From Trichosphaerium sp. ATCC 40318 (Eukaryota; Protista; Tubulinea), in contig JALMLS010000356.1 of NCBI GenBank assembly GCA_038496445.1, positions 85,973 to 149,972 of the forward strand: DNA of 64,000 bases, in the 5' to 3' direction. The notes below the pieces were generated by a model, which was given only the letters and a program-made list of their open reading frames with translations, was not told the origin of the DNA and did no database searches. Below are positions 1-12,775 of this stretch, one piece after another. The position numbers and the translations under genes are program-made. Numbering within the stretch: position 1 is the first letter of the stretch; each line of letters starts with the position of its first letter.

Positions 1-797
1 GTAGGCACCGTGAACCCACGCAATACCCACAAATAATGTTAACAGACCAGATGTAATCTTCATATTATTGTTAGCACGAATTGACGAACACAGAGAAAAA
101 AAATAGTAAGAAAAAAATAAGATTCTGTTTGAGTGTCAACATACACTTCTATCCTTATAAAAGTTTGTAGAAACAGCTACCATCCAAGAAGAAAACGATG
201 TAACGCTTCCTAGGTAACCAGTACCAAACCCAGAGAAATACTCTGGGTTATTCGTGAAAAAGGAACTAGTCTTTAAACTTGCGAAAAAACCCATCACAAA
301 AGCGCCAAAACCGTTAGAAAGGAACTCTCTAGATCAAAAATTAGTAACTCACAATATTACATGTTATAATAGGCAGTAATGAAAGCTCTAAAACGACGAT
401 GTGCGAACGGATAATTGATTTCAAACGTTTTTGTTTCATTTGCTCTGTAATAGGTCGGTATAGCGTTTTTAAATGTAACTGAGGCGTACGGATACAATGC
501 ATCAACTGGGAAAGTCTCATTAACAGTTGGCCATGTTCCTGCTTTCCAAACTACTTCAACTTGTAGTTTTATCAACGCAAAACGCGTTATTTCACCCAAA
601 GAAGCGAAAATCAGTATCAGAAATACTTCCCGAAGCTAAATACCCTGAGTTAGGCGTTTTAATCTATTGTGTTGCTTATTTGCGCGTAATAGGCTAATAT
701 AAGCTCAAGCATTTAACGAAGTTTGTTAAAAACGCTTGACAACCACGACGTGCGTACCGGATACAACTTACACATCTCTACATACGTTTGTACTCAT
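1..797 (-). CDS. FEX: Fluoride export channel (Fluc/CrcB-domain, FEX-type), multi-exon, runs off the left edge
   Basis: Spliced minus-strand translation gives IFASLGEITRFAL (CrcB TM1 motif), FLSNGFGAFVMGFF and SGFGTGYLGSVTSFSSW (GxxTGxxGxxT-FS motif). The start ATG near 797 is tentative. Confidence 0.8.
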
Positions 798-856
798 TTA
801 GAAACGCTGATTGCAATGTGGCTTAAGTTGCCTATAATTTTAGTATCACAGCAACA

Positions 857-3306
857 ATGAGTGAGCGGAGGTTGTCAAGGCGTGTGGATTCATCCTCAAT
901 AGCAGCTGTAAAGAAAAACAGGCGCCGTAGCGTTATGTTTCGTACAAGCGGTAGAACGTTTAGAGAAAGAGACCAAGAGCAATCTAGAAAGCTAGTCGAA
1001 GATCAACGCAAGTTTGAAGACCAGTTGCGCAAAGATGAAAAAGAATACGCAAAGATACGTGAAGGCTGGAATAAAGCCGATAGAGAGCGTAAACGTAAAG
1101 AGAACGACGAAAAACGCCGAGAAGAGAGTTTTAAAAAACAACTCCTTAAAAAGAAGGAACAAGCTGAAAAAGAAGCTAGAGCGCTTTATGAAGCTCATAA
1201 GAGGAAGAATAAAATAAAAACAGAGCGGTACGACTATTGTACTTTAATATTGTTTTGTTGTTGCTGAAAACGACCTCTTTTGTACTCATTTCGGCATAGG
1301 TACAAAGCCGAAATAGAACGAGAGATTAATAGTCTCAAACGTCGCAAGCTAGAGATCGATATTCGCAAAAACGAGCGTATAAAGCGCTGGAAGCTCAAAA
1401 CCAACGATAAAAACGAAAGGTAAACAAACATACTTAAACGGTCACTAACAACCCATTAAAGACATGAACAACTCCAACAAACATGGGTTGAGCGACTATC
1501 TGAGCGTATGAAGGAAAGACAGGAGTACAGACGTATTCAGCTTCGAGAGAGCGTGGAAGCACGAACAGAGTACGATCTCGATCACCATCTTGATTCTAGT
1601 GGTTAATATAGACTTTAGACGTAACTCTGTGATGCTTTACAGCTACCATAATACGTGGGACGAACGACGTATTAAGGCAAAGCAAGAATGGAATGCTAAG
1701 CATCCTTGGCAACCACCTAAGAAACTTGTTGTCAAAAAGATTGCGTTTGTACCCAAAAAAAGTAAGTTTTAATTTCTTCTGTTTTCTTGAGCTTGGCCTT
1801 CGAATAAGTGGTTCTAAGCATGTACAATAGGGGTTAAGAAACCAAAGAAGAAGGATGAAGGTGATTTGGATGACCTTGGGCTATCTGATTCGGAAGATGA
1901 CAGCGATGATGAAGTTGGTGATTTGAGGTTAGGATATTGCGTTCGCCTGATTTCTAATACTTTGTTAGCGATTTAAAGAACGATTTGGACGCTGAGGATG
2001 ATTTCTTCTCATCACGTGAAGATGAGGAAGTAAAACCTGTAAATGGGTCTGAAAGTGCAGGTATAGATGATGCACAATCAGAAGATAGCGTTGATAGCAA
2101 CGCTGATAAAGAAGATATTGACAAAAAACAAAAGGATGAAACTGAGAATCCTGAAGATAAAACAGATACTGTTAGCCCTGAAGAAGATTCTTTTGCTGAT
2201 GTCGATGGGTTAAGTGATGAAGAAGGTCTTGACGGATTAGATAGTCCACGTAGTGGAAAAGAAGATATTAAAATCGGTTCGAAGCCCGAAACAGATGAGC
2301 ACAAAGCAAGTGATGAAGAAGATTCGTTTAACGATGCTGACAGAAAAAGTACCGGCGGCATCAAGTTAGATGAACATGAAGATATCATAGCAGGTGATAT
2401 ACACCTTGATATTGATTTCTGTGGAGGAGATGATAGTTCTGAAGATTTAAGCGATGATGAAGACTTAGATGGCTTAAAAGAGAAAGTAAATCATTCAGGA
2501 AATGAAGTCGATATTGACTTCTCTGATGATGATACAGCATCAAATAATAGTGTCACAGCAGGTGATATTCATCTAGATTTTGATAATGTGGATGATGATA
2601 TTGAATTGAGTGATGAGGATGAGTTTGATGATGAAAAACTTGAGAAAGACTTAGACGGTTTAAGTGATTTTGGTGATGATTCTGCTGGAGATACTAAAGT
2701 ACAAGATGACGATAAATATGATAGTTTAAGTGATGAAGATGTAAAGCTAGGCGATAAAGATGATGAAGACTCGTTTAATGATGTAGATGGTTTAGATAGC
2801 TTAAGTGACGATGACGTAAAGTTAAGTGATGAAGATGTTAAGTTAAGCGATGCAGATGAAGAGGACTCGTTTAATGATGTGGGCGGTTTGAGTGATGAAG
2901 ATGTAAAGTTAAGTGACGAAGATGAAGAAGACTCTTTTAATGACGTAGATGGTTTGAGTGATGACGATTTGAGTAAGTGCTTCTTTTTTCAATTTTCCAA
3001 TTTTTTCTTCTTTGCAATTTGCGTTGTACACGTGTTTTGTTGCTAGAGTAAGTTTACTTTTTTTTGTTTTGCTTACTTTATGTTTAGAATTATCAGATGA
3101 CGATGTTTTGAGTACAGAGGTACGTATTGTTTTTAGTAGAAATTGCTTCAAAAAATGTTATTTCGTGATAGTACTTTTACCAGCTTTGGTTTGTTGTTGT
3201 ACCTTTTCTTAACTCTTTAACCACCTATTAGGATGAACCTAAAAAGAACGGCGATGATGTAATGGATGAAGATAATTTTGATGACCTAGATGATGACGAG
3301 TGGTAG
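857..3306 (+). CDS. Coiled-coil plus very long Asp/Glu-rich protein ending in DDLDDDEW
   Basis: ORFs 857-1267 and 1985-3046 are joined by GT-AG introns. The last exon, 3232-3306, reads DEPKKNGDDVMDEDNFDDLDDDEW*. Confidence 0.75.
2722..2972 (+). repeat. Coding acidic tandem repeats (LSDEDVKL / EDSFNDVDGL units)
   Basis: Recurring ttaagtgatgaagatgtaaag and gaagactcgtttaatga units in the acidic exon. Confidence 0.75.
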
Positions 3307-3513
3307 TAGAAACAAAAGTTTTTGATCACTAAGTCAGTGTTGACTTTGTATTGTAATTTGTAGTAAACGTTTATTACTCAACTATGTAGCTTTTTCCTTT
3401 CCTTTAAACACCAAAAAGGCGCCAAAACGCTCTATTTTCTTCGAAATACAACGGGACTCCCGTCACAAGTCAGCTGTAGTCTTAAACAGCGCAAATCGCC
3501 TTCATCTGTCTTA

Positions 3514-3802
3514 GGACTGCACTTTTTCTTTTATTATTTTTCACGCGGATTTTTGCATTTTTTTACCGCAGTTTGACTTTTTGATTACAAATGCCAATTG
3601 GTCACTTTTTCGCAGAAATATAGTACTTGAAAAAAATACCCCTTCCAAACACCCTCATATTTCAATATGAAGGTGGTGAATGCAATACAAAACAGCCGTT
3701 CATTAGGTGTCACAAGCTCGTGATATTTCGTAGAAATTTGCAAAACATGCGGTAAAAAATTGTCAAAATCCGCGTGAAAAATAAAAGAAAAAGTGCAAGT
3801 CC
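3514..3802. mobile_element. MITE, Tourist/PIF-Harbinger-like (289 bp)
   Basis: Imperfect terminal inverted repeats of about 60 bp (GGACTGCACTTTTTCTTTTATT... / ...AATAAAAGAAAAAGTGCAAGTCC), flanked by TTA at 3511-3513 and 3803-3805, with a non-coding interior. Confidence 0.8.
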
Positions 3803-3936
3803 TTAGTTATCAGCTACAAGGTTGATTTCTTACTGCTATTGAGCTATTCTGTTAAAAACTGTACAAAAAGCTCAGATAGGCTCTATCAGGAAAAGACTGA
3901 CTTGAAGCATTACTTGGAGAAGTCTCCACGCTAAAA

Positions 3937-5619
3937 ATGCAGAAATTAGAACAAAAACGGAAGCCAAATTACAGTACTCGGGTTTGCTCTGTTCTACAAC
4001 TTCCAAATGAACTTCAGACGTACATATCTACGTTTGATCGGGAAACGTTCTCAAAGTTCCACGTGCTATCAAAAAGAGCTGCTACGAACACACATTATGA
4101 TCAAAATCTGAATAAAAAAGGTGTTTGGATTTTTTGGTATGATGATGGCTCTCGAAGGAAAACAAAAACGATGTTCAAAGGTAAGCGACATGGAGAGATG
4201 AAGAAATGGTATAAGAACGGACAGTTATTGCTCCAGGCTTGGTACAGCGATGATGAGATGCATGGTTTGTATAACAGTTGGCATGAAGATGGACAATGTC
4301 ATGAAGAATGTACTTTTGCTAGTGGCCAGGAGAATGGAGACGTAAGGCGGTGGTATGAGAACGGACAAATAATGGTACATAGTAAGTTTGTTCACGGAAA
4401 AAGGAATGGTGAGAGCAAGGTGTGGCATGACAATGGACAACTCGAATGGGAAACCTTCTTTGTTGATGGCAAAGAAAATGGTGAATACAAAGAATGGTAT
4501 GATAATGGACAGATGCATATTGTTACTGTGTATGTTGACGGCTTAAGGCAAGGCGATTTCAAAACGTGGTATAAGCACGGTCAAATAAAATCAACAAAAA
4601 AGTATGTTGACAACAAGAAGCATGGCGAAGTCAAAGAATGGTATTATGAAGGACAACTTGCACTGAATACTACATTTATTAATGGCGACCAAAATGGTGA
4701 GCGTGTGGAGTGGTATGAACATGGTCAAGTTAAAGAACAAAGTACATGGGTTGATGGGAAAAAAAATGGTTTTCACAAGCAATGGTATGAACATGGTCAA
4801 GTTAAAGAACAAAGTACATGGGTTGATGGGAAAAAAAATGGTTTTCAAAAGCAATGGTGTGAGGATGGACAACTTGATTGGCAAAGTACATGGGTTGATG
4901 GAAAACCAAATGGTTATTGCAAACAATGGCATGAGAATGGACAACTTGCTTATCAAACAATGTATGTTGATGGCAGGGAGAATGGTGAGAGCAAACAATG
5001 GTGTAAGGATGGACAACTTGTGATACAAACTACGTATGTTGATGGCAAGCGCAATGGCGAATACAAACAATGGCATGAGAATGGACAACTTGCGATACAA
5101 ACTACGTATGTTGATGGCAAGCGCAATGGCGAATACAAACAATGGCGTTGGGGTGGACAACTTGCACTACATACTACATTTATTGATGGCAACCAGAATG
5201 GTGAGCGTATGGAGTGGTATGATAATGGTCAACTTAACACACAAAGTATGTGGGTTGATGGAAAACCAAATGGTTATCACAAACAATGGGAAAAGAATGG
5301 ACAACTTGTGATACAAACTACGTATGTTGATGGCAAGCGCAATGGCGAATACAAACAATGGGAAAAGAATGGACAACTTGCGATACAAACTACGTATGTT
5401 GATGGCAAGCGCAATGGCGAATACAAAGAATGGCGTTGGGGTGGACAACTTGCTTGGCAAAGTACATGGGTTGATGGAAAACCAAATGGTTATCTCAAAC
5501 AATGGCATGAGAATGGACAACTTGCTTATCAAACAATGTATGTTGATGGCAGGGAGATTGGTGAGAGCAAACAATGGTATAAGGATGGACAACCCAGAGA
5601 ACCAACACTAGACTTTTGA
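3937..5619 (+). CDS. F-box-like motif plus MORN-variant (YwqK-like) repeat protein, intronless
   Basis: Uninterrupted 560-aa ORF with N-terminal LQLPNELQTYISTF, then about 20 24-aa repeats of the form WYENGQL...YVDGKRNGEYKQ. Confidence 0.85.
   Translation: MQKLEQKRKPNYSTRVCSVLQLPNELQTYISTFDRETFSKFHVLSKRAATNTHYDQNLNKKGVWIFWYDDGSRRKTKTMFKGKRHGEMKKWYKNGQLLLQAWYSDDEMHGLYNSWHEDGQCHEECTFASGQENGDVRRWYENGQIMVHSKFVHGKRNGESKVWHDNGQLEWETFFVDGKENGEYKEWYDNGQMHIVTVYVDGLRQGDFKTWYKHGQIKSTKKYVDNKKHGEVKEWYYEGQLALNTTFINGDQNGERVEWYEHGQVKEQSTWVDGKKNGFHKQWYEHGQVKEQSTWVDGKKNGFQKQWCEDGQLDWQSTWVDGKPNGYCKQWHENGQLAYQTMYVDGRENGESKQWCKDGQLVIQTTYVDGKRNGEYKQWHENGQLAIQTTYVDGKRNGEYKQWRWGGQLALHTTFIDGNQNGERMEWYDNGQLNTQSMWVDGKPNGYHKQWEKNGQLVIQTTYVDGKRNGEYKQWEKNGQLAIQTTYVDGKRNGEYKEWRWGGQLAWQSTWVDGKPNGYLKQWHENGQLAYQTMYVDGREIGESKQWYKDGQPREPTLDF
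4711..5590 (+). repeat. 72-bp near-identical coding tandem repeats
   Basis: 4711-4782 and 4783-4854 are nearly identical. gatacaaactacgtatgttgatggcaagcgcaatggcgaatacaaa recurs four times. Confidence 0.9.
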
Positions 5620-5724
5620 GAATGATCTTAAAGAACAAACAACAACGAACATGCCTTAAGTAGTAGACAGTTTACATCGACTAAGCAACTTCCGTTTGTT
5701 CACTAAGTACATAAAGAAGTTGCG

Positions 5725-7983
5725 ATGCTTTACACAATACTGATAGCAACATTATTTCACCTTGTGGTTTCCCGTAAGTGTTTTGGCAAGTGTAGTTTTT
5801 GGCGGTGAGCCAACTTTTGTTTAAAGACCCAAGTAACAATCTTTCACTACAAACTGTACCTAATCAACTCCAGAAACAACCGCAACGTGGTCTGTAGATA
5901 CAAGAGAAGTTTTTTTTACACAACAACAAGGCGCTGCAGGCGCTACTGTACGTTGACGAACGTTATTTAAGCATAACACGTTGTTTTTAAGCTAGACTGG
6001 TGGAGACTAACCGATCAACCTTATGGACCCACGTGGGGTAATAATAGCATTCTCACAATAAACTTTGATGACCCTAGAATAATATTAGCCGCTAAGGTAT
6101 TTATTGGGCATTTTTAACCAAATCACGTGCTCAGAGAAAACTGAGACTACTTTTCTTTTTTTTTTTTTCCTTCAAATTAAGAGCTTCGTTTTAGGGCCTT
6201 AGTGGAGGTTTCTTACGCGTAGGAGGGTATCAAGCTGATTATGTGACGTACGATATTGATGGCGAATGTACAATTGTAGAACCAAAATTCGCCTGCTTCT
6301 CGATGGATAGATGGGAAGCTGTAAACAAATTTGCGACAAACGTTGGTACATCTTACTTTCTCATTCACTGTTGACCTACTTTTGCTTCTTTCTTACGATA
6401 CAGACCTCTAATATGCAGAGTATTACAATGACATTTACAGTTTTGCTTAGGACTGAAGCTCATATTTGGTCTAAACGGAAACTTTGACAGAAAATCATCA
6501 ACATCAATGATGAGTTTTAAAAACATTGAACAACTGTTTCAAGTAACTACTCAAGAAGGGTACTCTTTTAATTAATCCAATCACCTCTTTTATGAAAAAA
6601 TCATTGAAGTCTTAATTATATTAGATTCCCCTCAAAGAATCTTTGGGGATTCGAATTGGGTAATGAATTGTACTACCGTATTAAATCTTCTCTATCTGCT
6701 GAAGAATATCTGAAACTACCACCTCTTCTTGAAAAGTATTGGCCTTCCACGGACACCAGACCAAAGTTCTTAGGTACGTGTTGATGTGGTATTAACATCA
6801 TTGTGAGTTCATCGAATTCTATAGAGCCTCTCAGTGTACTTGTACTTGCTGATATATTGTTCTTAAGGTCCTGACTACAACTTTCAACAAGGCGTAAACC
6901 AGTTTTTACAAGCTCCTGCTGATCCAGGAAAAGTTATGGATGTCGTCACATATCATAATTATATTGAATGCGAAATGGACAATCCGTCAGAATACGTCCT
7001 AGACCCAAAGTGCCTCGATAAGTGCGTAATCAAAAGTCCAACAAACTAAAACACTTCTTCTTTACTTTGCATTAACCCAAACTACAACTGTTATTCGATT
7101 GCCTGATGTGTTTAAATCGAACAACTTTTCTAAAATCTATTGTAGGTCTCAAGATGCAGCAAACGTGATCAACCCTGTTAAAGATAAACTAGCCCCACAA
7201 GCTGAATTGTGGTTTGGAGAAGGAGCTGATCACTCTTCTGGTGGTATAAATAACTTAACAAATGTGTTTATAAGCAGCTTCTGGTATGCAGATGTTCTTG
7301 GCGTTCTAGGTAATTGACCAATTGTATTAACCTGTTCACTTTACAAACTTCTTGTATAGGTACCAAACGAGTATCAGCAATGTTAAGACAAACATTTGCA
7401 GGTGGTAACTATGGGTTACTTGATGCTTTTTCTTTGAAACCAAATCCGGATTATTGGATAGGTACAACAAGTTGTAATTTTTTTTTCCGATTTTTCTTTC
7501 TTCTTCTAAGCCTCTTTTCTCTTCCAGCGTACACTTGGCATAGACTTCTAAATAATAAAGTATTAACAACATCTCCAATAACATCAACGAATCCCTCTTT
7601 ACGATTGTATGCTCACTGTGGAAAGAATCCAAAGGAAGTAACAGTCATCGCTATAAATCTTTCAACAAATCAAGATTTCTCAGTTGATATCAATCTAATC
7701 GGACTTTCAGACCTTGATCCACAACGAAAAGAGTACGTATATTTCTACTTGGTAGTCTATCCATACAACGAACTATATTGATGATATGAGTAGGTATCAT
7801 TTTACTCCACAAGGAGATGTTCATTCAAAAACAGTTCTTGTAAATGGCAAACTTTTGAGCCTTGACAGTGGCACTTTACCTGACCTTGTTCCTACTTCTG
7901 TTTCTTCAAACTTACCTTTGAGTATTAAAAGGGCATCAATAGTATTCATTGTGTACTCGGGTGAGTCTACAGCTTGTAGTTAG
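5725..7983 (+). CDS. Glycoside hydrolase family 79 (heparanase/beta-glucuronidase-like), secreted
   Basis: Signal peptide MLYTILIATLFHLVVS; motifs FLRVGG, LIFGLN, GFELGNE, LWFGE...SGG, RQTFAGGNYGLLD, PNPDYW and LRLYAHC. Confidence 0.9.
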
Positions 7984-9371
7984 CACCAATAAAGCAAGTC
8001 CCATTAAGTTTAAAGTGTTCAAGTTAACTCAACCAGCTTCATGCACATACTGCCATTGGTACAACTAACGTAAGGAGCAATCAAACTCTCAAAGAACTAA
8101 TCGAAATCACCTATGGCATTGCAGCGAAAGCACTACTGAGCACTACTGTCTGATTGTTTGTAGCTAATACTATGACAAGGAGCAATAGGAAAGTCTGTGT
8201 ATCTGATCGTGACAGCTAAGGAAGACGAGGTTCTATTGTCACCTTGTGGCTGATACTAGAGTAATGGTATGAGGATTAACAGTATCATTAAACATCCTTT
8301 CAGGACAACATTTCATTACTTTAAAAGGTGGGTGTAATGTTCCAGACCTGCTGCCGGATCACGTACGTCACTGCTTAGTTTTTTTTCTCTACCTTTTTTG
8401 GTTTTCTTCTTTCTGTTCTAATTCTAACTTCATTTAGTCGTGTTGATCACTGCTACTTCGCTTTTATTAGTGACATACAAAATCAAACAACTCCCAATAA
8501 AACTGATTTACAGCCCTATATCGTGTCTAATTAAAACAAAACAAATGTTGCAGTGTTTGTTCCATAAACTAACACAACCGGAATCGTGGTGCTCTCCATT
8601 ACATGCTACTCAAACTCCGAGTTTTGAGAGGCCCCCGTGTGCCTCTTGGCTACTTTGGGTATGTGTTCCTGTGTATTCAGGCTGTCTACCATATCATTGC
8701 TCTGTAATGCCTAAACTAGGTTTTCTTTTTTGACGTTTTTGTTTAGGGAAAAAACTGATTTGTTAGCCATCTTAGGTTTGGCCATAGATACATGTTCTCG
8801 CTAGGGCACGGAGCACGTAGGAAAGACACCAGACATCACACTCAGCGGGAGATTTTTTTGTACGTGAGAAAGCATGTCGAGAAATGATGCTGTTTGGTAA
8901 TGTGTTATTGTTGTGTTAAACTAAGGAGCAAGGAAAGACGGGTCGTAAGCGTCGCTTTGTTTAAGGTTTGTGGAGAGTTAGGATGTAATTTTCTCCATGC
9001 ACCTTGAATGCCCAAATTTAATTAGTTGTAACAGCTCTTTGTAATTTATCACGTGGACGTACTAATTAAGCGACTTGGTACCTTTATCTCTACCAATCAC
9101 GTAAAAACACGTAAGCAGAACGAAAATGTAAGTTGATAGTGGAGAGCAACGTCCGAGAGTCCATAGTTGTGGCAAAAGTCACCAAAAAAATGCGGCTTCG
9201 TTGAAAGCGAACAAAGTTTCCAAATACCGCTTCTCAATTTATTTTTTACACGGCGTTTCAACAAACATCCACGCGCACTCGTTAGCCTAATTTAGTAGTT
9301 GACCGAAGCGTTGACTTATTGGACAAGCGGATTTTTTGTAAACAAGCAGTAACATCTAAGAACCAACAGAA

Positions 9372-10926
9372 ATGGGCCTTTTCTTTGGTAAGAAGAAAAA
9401 GAAAAAGGGAAAGAGTGATGGTTTGGTTAAAGACAAGGATGCTGATGATACAAAAGCGGGCGATTATGACTACTTCTTCAGGTTAATACTTCTTGGGAAC
9501 TCCGGTGGTGGTAAGAGCTCTATATTAAGGCGTTTTACAGATGAAATATTCGAAGACAATTATTCAACTGTTGGAGTTGATTTCGTACGTTGTCTATTTT
9601 TCTTCTTCTCTTCTTTGCGCTTTTGGTAGCTTTCCGATGTTTTTGAAGGTTGGCCCACTTGTCTCCGTACTTTTCATTATAACGTGTATCATGTTTTTAG
9701 TCACGTGGGGCGTAGTACTAATGCTCAAAAAAGCAATCTATTTTAAAATGAAAAAAGTGAAATAATTATTAAAAATTTGGAAAATGGCTTTGTTCCACCT
9801 TTTCTCATCACGTGATGCCCTACATGTTTTTACGACATCAATTTTTAATATTGCCGCCTTCTTGAAAAAACCAAAACACCTTTTTTGCGCGTGAACCCGC
9901 CTAACAAGACAGCGTTTTAAAATACAAATATGTATACTTCAAAGCTAATAATTTGTCCGTAGAAGCAAAAAATCGTTAAAAGCAATGATACGCCTATAAA
10001 ACTACAAATATGGGTATGTCTATAAAGCCTTTTATCTAGTCTATTTAATATTACGCCTAAACAACGTCGGGTTTTTATGCAAAAGCAAGAAAATAGAATT
10101 TTTTATTGTATTATTATTTTTTTTGTATTAGTTTTGAATCTACTCTTCGTTCCCGAATCCACGTGGTCTTTACTAATGATCACGTGATTTTTGAGGAAAA
10201 AAAAACATTGTTTTTTCTCTTTGTCTTAAATTATTAATTCTGTTGGTTCGTTGACACGTGAAAGGACACAGCAGGCCAGGAAAAATTCCGAACAATCACA
10301 AATTCGTACTACAACAAAGCTGAAGGCGTAGTTTTGGTATTCGATGTTTGCAGTCAAGAAAGTTTTGATGGGCTTGGTGAATGGCTCGTTGAAGTAGAAA
10401 AATACGCTGCTGCTGATATACCTATTCTTTTACTTGGTAATAAGAACGACAAAGAAGGGCGCGTGATAACAGAGTCAGTAGCGCAGGTACAATCGTAAAT
10501 CTATCTTTTCAAAGAATTTTTACAAAAACTTACGCTTCAGATCGTTCAATATAACTCCTTTCTACTTTCTCTACTCCAAACAAATACCAGTGAGACCTCC
10601 TAATTATTAGAAAATATTTTTCGGGTTGAGGAGTCGGTGAAAGTGAACAAACGAAAGTTTGAATGATTTTTCTCAGTTAAAATCAAGAAAAGTCGTAAAC
10701 CATACCTTTTTTCTTTTCATCTCTAGTACCTATCTCATCACGCTTTAGGAATGGGCAAGCGAAAAGGGCTTAGAATACTTTGACGTATCCGCAAAGGAAA
10801 ACGTTAACAGTACGTCCAGTACTGCATAAACTAAAAAAAAAACTAACATGATTTTTAAAAATAGTCACAGACGCTTTCCAAGCTTTAAGCGCAACACTGG
10901 TAGAGAGCAAACAATCAGCAATATGA
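9372..10926 (+). CDS. Rab1/Rab8-like GTPase with N-terminal MG+polyK and no C-terminal cysteines
   Basis: [50 protein letters not shown] and DVSAK; ends ...LVESKQSAI*. Confidence 0.9.
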
Positions 10927-11293
10927 TAATTGAATTTAAATACCCAAAAACGCAATCATTATTGAAATTACATGTAATATAAACGCAGCAAAATGACAAC
11001 ACTATCCCTTCTGTAAGAAAGTATACTTTTTGTATCCAAAAAAATTAATTGTTACTTTCTCCTACAGCTTTACAATGAAGTAATATTGTATCTCACAAGC
11101 ACACACGTTTCTAAGTTGAGTGAGGTTCTTCATTGAACATTGACAGCACCTTACTTCCTCTCAGTATTGCTTAGAAAACTCGCACCTTTTTTGGAGTCGG
11201 GCGACCTTTATTTAAAGTAGCTCCGAACTTCATCGCAGTACTTAGCCGCATCTGACTTCTGTTGAAACAAAGAATTGTTGCAAACGCGTTACA

Positions 11294-12775
11294 ATGGCAG
11301 ATAATACAAGTGACATTAGTCTCCTGGACTTTCCTGCAGAGGTACAAACTGAAAACAGCGTTTAAGGTGTTTTAAACAATATTGTAGCTATTGGTTCATA
11401 TTATCGCGTTTTTGGATAATAAAAGGGATATATACGTGTGTATGATGGTTAACAAGGAGTTAAACAGATGTAGCAGTGATAATATGGTACAACAGAGTTA
11501 AATACGCTCTCTAAACGGTAGTTAAAAGGTATGGGCCATGCAACTCAAGTCTTTGATTGGTAAAGTACCTGACAACGCTCACAACAACAGAATACGTTAC
11601 CGCGACATTATTCGACATTCAACAACATCAAAGGTGCGGGTTGTCTTCAAAAACGACAACATTCACTTTCCACCTTTGATACCACTCTTATTTTCAAAAT
11701 TGTCACTTTCATCAGCCTGTCTACGTCCGTTCAAGTTGATGTTTTATCCACGTGTTAAATACAATTTAAGTCTTTTGACAACACGTGTCAACTAAAATGC
11801 CAGTATGTTGCACGTAAATTTTTTGTTCACTCTTTGCTTCAAAAAAAGTATTTTTTCATGCTCGCAGTAGCCATGTTTTGAATAAAATATCGTACATTGA
11901 GGTACCTAGAATCGAATGAAGGAACTTTATCAATAACGTTCTTCGAAAAGATAAAGATTGAGTAGAAGTATTTCAATTCGTCATCAATTGCGTTTAGCTA
12001 ATTTATTTTACTCTCTTAGGCTCTTTTTGCAAAGGGAAAGTATGATCTATCGAAGAGCGATATTCATTGTGATTACAACATTGAAGATCATATTATTGGG
12101 TATTGTTACAGAGGAGAGTTAGAAAAACTGTCAAAAAATGCTGATAAAATTGAAGTTAACAAAGTATCTCTTTACCGATCTTATGTATATTATGGCAACT
12201 TCTCATACCCATTCATGGTAAAGAGATAATCGTAAAGCAACGTCATCACACTGACATATTATTACCAGGGCAAGATTATTATCAAAGACGGTATGACAAC
12301 AAAAGCCAAATCAAAACCAGTTTGTTCAGCTCAAGTTTTCTTGAATAGGTTTGTACGTTCCACACATTGTAGAAAAAAATGGACGCGAAAGAAATACACC
12401 AGCACTAGTTCTCGCTAATACAGAAGCGGCAGGTTAGTGAATATATTTTATGTTCTAAACTAGAGAAAGGAAACAATTTAATTTTGATGTCTATTTTAGG
12501 AACTCCTTTGCATTGGGCTTGTATTTGTGGTCACGAAAAAGTTGTTAGATATTTATTAGATACCTTTTCAGATGAAATAGATGTTGACATAAAGATAAAA
12601 AAACACAATGCTACTGCTCTAAAAGGTATCCAAAAAATCATGTGTTCAACGAGTTCGTACAACTGTACCTGTTGAATAATGTGTTGTAGTTGCTCAATCA
12701 AATGGTCATCTAGAAATAGCAAGATTACTGAGACAATTCAAAAGAATGAAACGTAGGAAAAACCGCCGTGACTAA
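11294..12775 (+). CDS. F-box plus ankyrin-repeat protein
   Basis: LLDFPAE.LVHIIAFL...MVNKEL (F-box), followed by TPLHWACICGHEKVVRYLL and TALK.AQSNGHLEIARLL. Confidence 0.8.

Noticed and set aside
1-63. MKITSGLLTLFVGIAW as the signal peptide of a separate gene
   Set aside because: Better explained as an internal transmembrane exon of the FEX gene.
1954-2388. Ser-rich antisense ORF
   Set aside because: Mirror of the GAT/GAA-rich acidic exon.
4711-5590. Regularly spaced repeats resembling a CRISPR array
   Set aside because: They are in-frame 72-bp coding repeats with no unique spacers and no cas genes, in a eukaryotic context.
4225-5611. Overlapping alternative-frame and antisense ORFs in the MORN gene
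   Set aside because: Shadow ORFs caused by repeat periodicity.
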